A program made the translations under genes and the position numbers. Positions 33,909-34,603 of a stretch of DNA of 34,603 bases are shown here, in pieces (the stretch's first letter is position 1; each line of letters begins with the position of its first letter). The notes under the pieces are model-generated. The model had not been told where the DNA came from, made no database searches, and saw nothing but the letters and a program-made list of their open reading frames with translations. Source of the DNA: a virus (Duplodnaviria > Heunggongvirae > Uroviricota > Caudoviricetes); the IMG/VR virus record IMGVR_UViG_2671181056_000001, one strand, 5' to 3'.

Positions 33909-34541
33909 AGTACATAAACGTACAAAATGTGATGAAAGTAGAGTGGCGTAAGCCACTATATTAAGATATGACAATAGCGAAGAAAAGTAAATAACATTTT
34001 ATGGACGTTTAATTGTTAATTATAAAAACTAGAGTGCCCGATATTGTTTATCTTGCTTTAAAATAATGTACTCAAACCAAATTTTTGAGCTAAAAGCTCA
34101 AATAATATAAATGCAATAATAATGTTTAATAAGACAATTAGCTTGCTTTGTATTTTCATTTCGGAATACTGTTAAGTAACTTTGATGACCCTAACAATAG
34201 ATCGGAATTTTCTTAGAGTCAATGGTCACTGTTTTTGCTTGCAAAGCAAATGTTTTGGTGGTTATAAGTCGTCTTAATATAGTCACGCATGCAACTTGTT
34301 CCATGCGGAGATTAAAGATTGGAATATAACGCGAAGATGGAATTAAATTACATTTGCAATAATTAATTTATTATTACTCAATAATTACCGATATTATTAT
34401 TGTAAATTAATCATTAGAATGCAAAAAGAAATGTAACGGCAAAATAAGAGGACGATAGCTGAGAAAAAAGCGTGCTTTCCCAATCTGGGGCAAATCACGT
34501 CTGAATGACACCTGAAAACAGGTGGTAGCCTCAAGAAGGCT

Positions 34542-34603
34542 GGTGATGCTGCCAACTTACTGATTTAGTGTATGATGGTGTTTTTGAGGTGCTCCAGTGG
34601 CTT
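34542..34603 (+). mobile_element. IS1 terminal 62 bp (inverted repeat and start of the element), continuing beyond the window
   Basis: GGTGATGCTGCCAACTTACTGATTTAGTGTATGATGGTGTTTTTGAGGTGCTCCAGTGGCTT is the canonical IS1 left end. Confidence 0.9.

Noticed and set aside
33793-34541. Looked for a lambda attP/attR core (GCTTTTTTATACTAAGTTG) and for tRNA-like sequence in the AT-rich segment
   Set aside because: Not found by eye; an att site here cannot be supported

Overview
This window is the late (morphogenetic) arm of a lambda-like prophage from an enterobacterial genome, identified by recognising the lambda proteins from memory, not by any database search. It runs from the right-end genes and cos site through an intact, colinear head and tail gene set (nu1 to I), then a disrupted J, lom, a long side tail fibre stf and tfa, and ends in an AT-rich ORF-poor segment cut by an IS1 end at the window edge. 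The assembly is not a simple single prophage: a multi-kb tail block is present twice (9790-14109 vs 18542-22861; 16660-18540 vs 22811-24691), the junctions fall exactly on single N characters (16254, 18541), an inverted gene I fragment abuts an H 3' fragment, and lom carries an N12 gap with a 186-bp duplication. I read this as collapsed or mis-joined copies of at least three related prophage tail regions, though a real rearrangement is not excluded. The most interesting candidate is a 343-bp insertion between I and J that lambda lacks, carrying a near-consensus leftward sigma70 promoter and intrinsic terminators that would give a ~100-nt non-coding RNA. No CRISPR array, tRNA or rRNA was seen. 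J has a premature stop and a frameshift, so the prophage is probably defective unless these are sequence errors.
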